The notes under the pieces were generated by a model. It did not search any database, was not told where the DNA came from, and saw only the letters and a program-made list of their open reading frames with translations. A stretch of DNA of 63,707 bases, filler included. It is 6 parts of 6 records of this genome, joined end to end, with 100 filler letters (N's around TTAATTAATTAA, not from the genome) between each part and the next. Parts side by side here need not be neighbours in the genome. Positions count along the whole stretch, not along the records: positions 51,787 to 63,707 come from SRR31147125_14266; 5 more parts are not named here. The stretch is one strand, 5' to 3'. The translations under genes and the position numbers were made by a program. Shown in pieces: positions 63,538 through 63,707 of this stretch. The stretch's first letter is position 1, and every line of letters begins with the position of its first letter.

Positions 63538-63549
63538 TAAAACTTACAC

Positions 63550-63706
63550 GTACGGACGTTATTTATAACGTCCTTCGTGTGGGTTTAGGGACGTATTAAC
63601 ATTTAGCTAATCATAGTGCTAAGAATGATCGAAAATTAGTAATTGATAATAAATTTTGGGTGTTATAAATAACACCTGTACATTAGGGGCGTATCGACAT
63701 ACGCCC
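63550..63706. repeat. Cluster of REP-like 24-nt palindromes
   Basis: GTACGGACGTTATTTATAACGTCC (63550-63573, +), GTACAGGTGTTATTTATAACACCC (63658-63681, -), TTAGGGGCGTATCGACATACGCCC (63683-63706), and a degenerate copy at about 63585. Confidence 0.55.
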
Positions 63707-63707
63707 A

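Noticed and set aside
1-63707. CRISPR array, cas genes, rRNA, tRNA, IS transposases or prophage genes
   Set aside because: No regularly spaced direct repeats and no recognisable motifs for any of these were seen by eye.

Overview
This window is not one locus. It is six unrelated contigs joined by five 100-nt artificial linkers (N44-TTAATTAATTAA-N44) at 8742-8841, 24945-25044, 34600-34699, 39830-39929 and 51687-51786. Contig 1 (1-8741) holds the most unusual element, a co-oriented cluster: PP2C phosphatase, Ser/Thr kinase-TPR, GrpE-like factor, a non-canonical Hsp70 with two zinc ribbons (one replacing the interdomain linker), a large membrane-anchored TPR protein with an unannotated HPD-less J-like N-terminus, and a zinc-ribbon/TPR/TM protein. 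It reads as a dedicated, phosphorylation-gated chaperone module. Contig 2 (8842-24944, low-GC anaerobe) has ptsI, an RluA-family gene, a run of accessory genes, aldehyde dehydrogenase-TetR, MFS with a MerR-methyltransferase-like regulator, a GGDEF/EAL protein, a BspA-type LRR protein and punA. Contig 3 (25045-34599, Acholeplasma/Izemoplasma-like by inference) has an ABC exporter, a two-component system and a glucosylglycerate-utilisation-like cluster. Contig 4 (34700-39829, Bacteroidota-like) has nadB-nadC-coaX and an outer-membrane protein. Contig 5 (39930-51686, Acholeplasma-like) has the acc/fab cluster, birA, rnr, smpB and a T-box leader (probably Ala). Contig 6 (51787-63707) has a GH38/LacI/TRAP/GH31/uxuA sugar-acid locus with three operators and a REP-like cluster. 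About a dozen small indels, mostly in homopolymer runs, split genes; these are probably sequencing errors. Taxonomic and family calls come from motif recognition only; no database searches were run.
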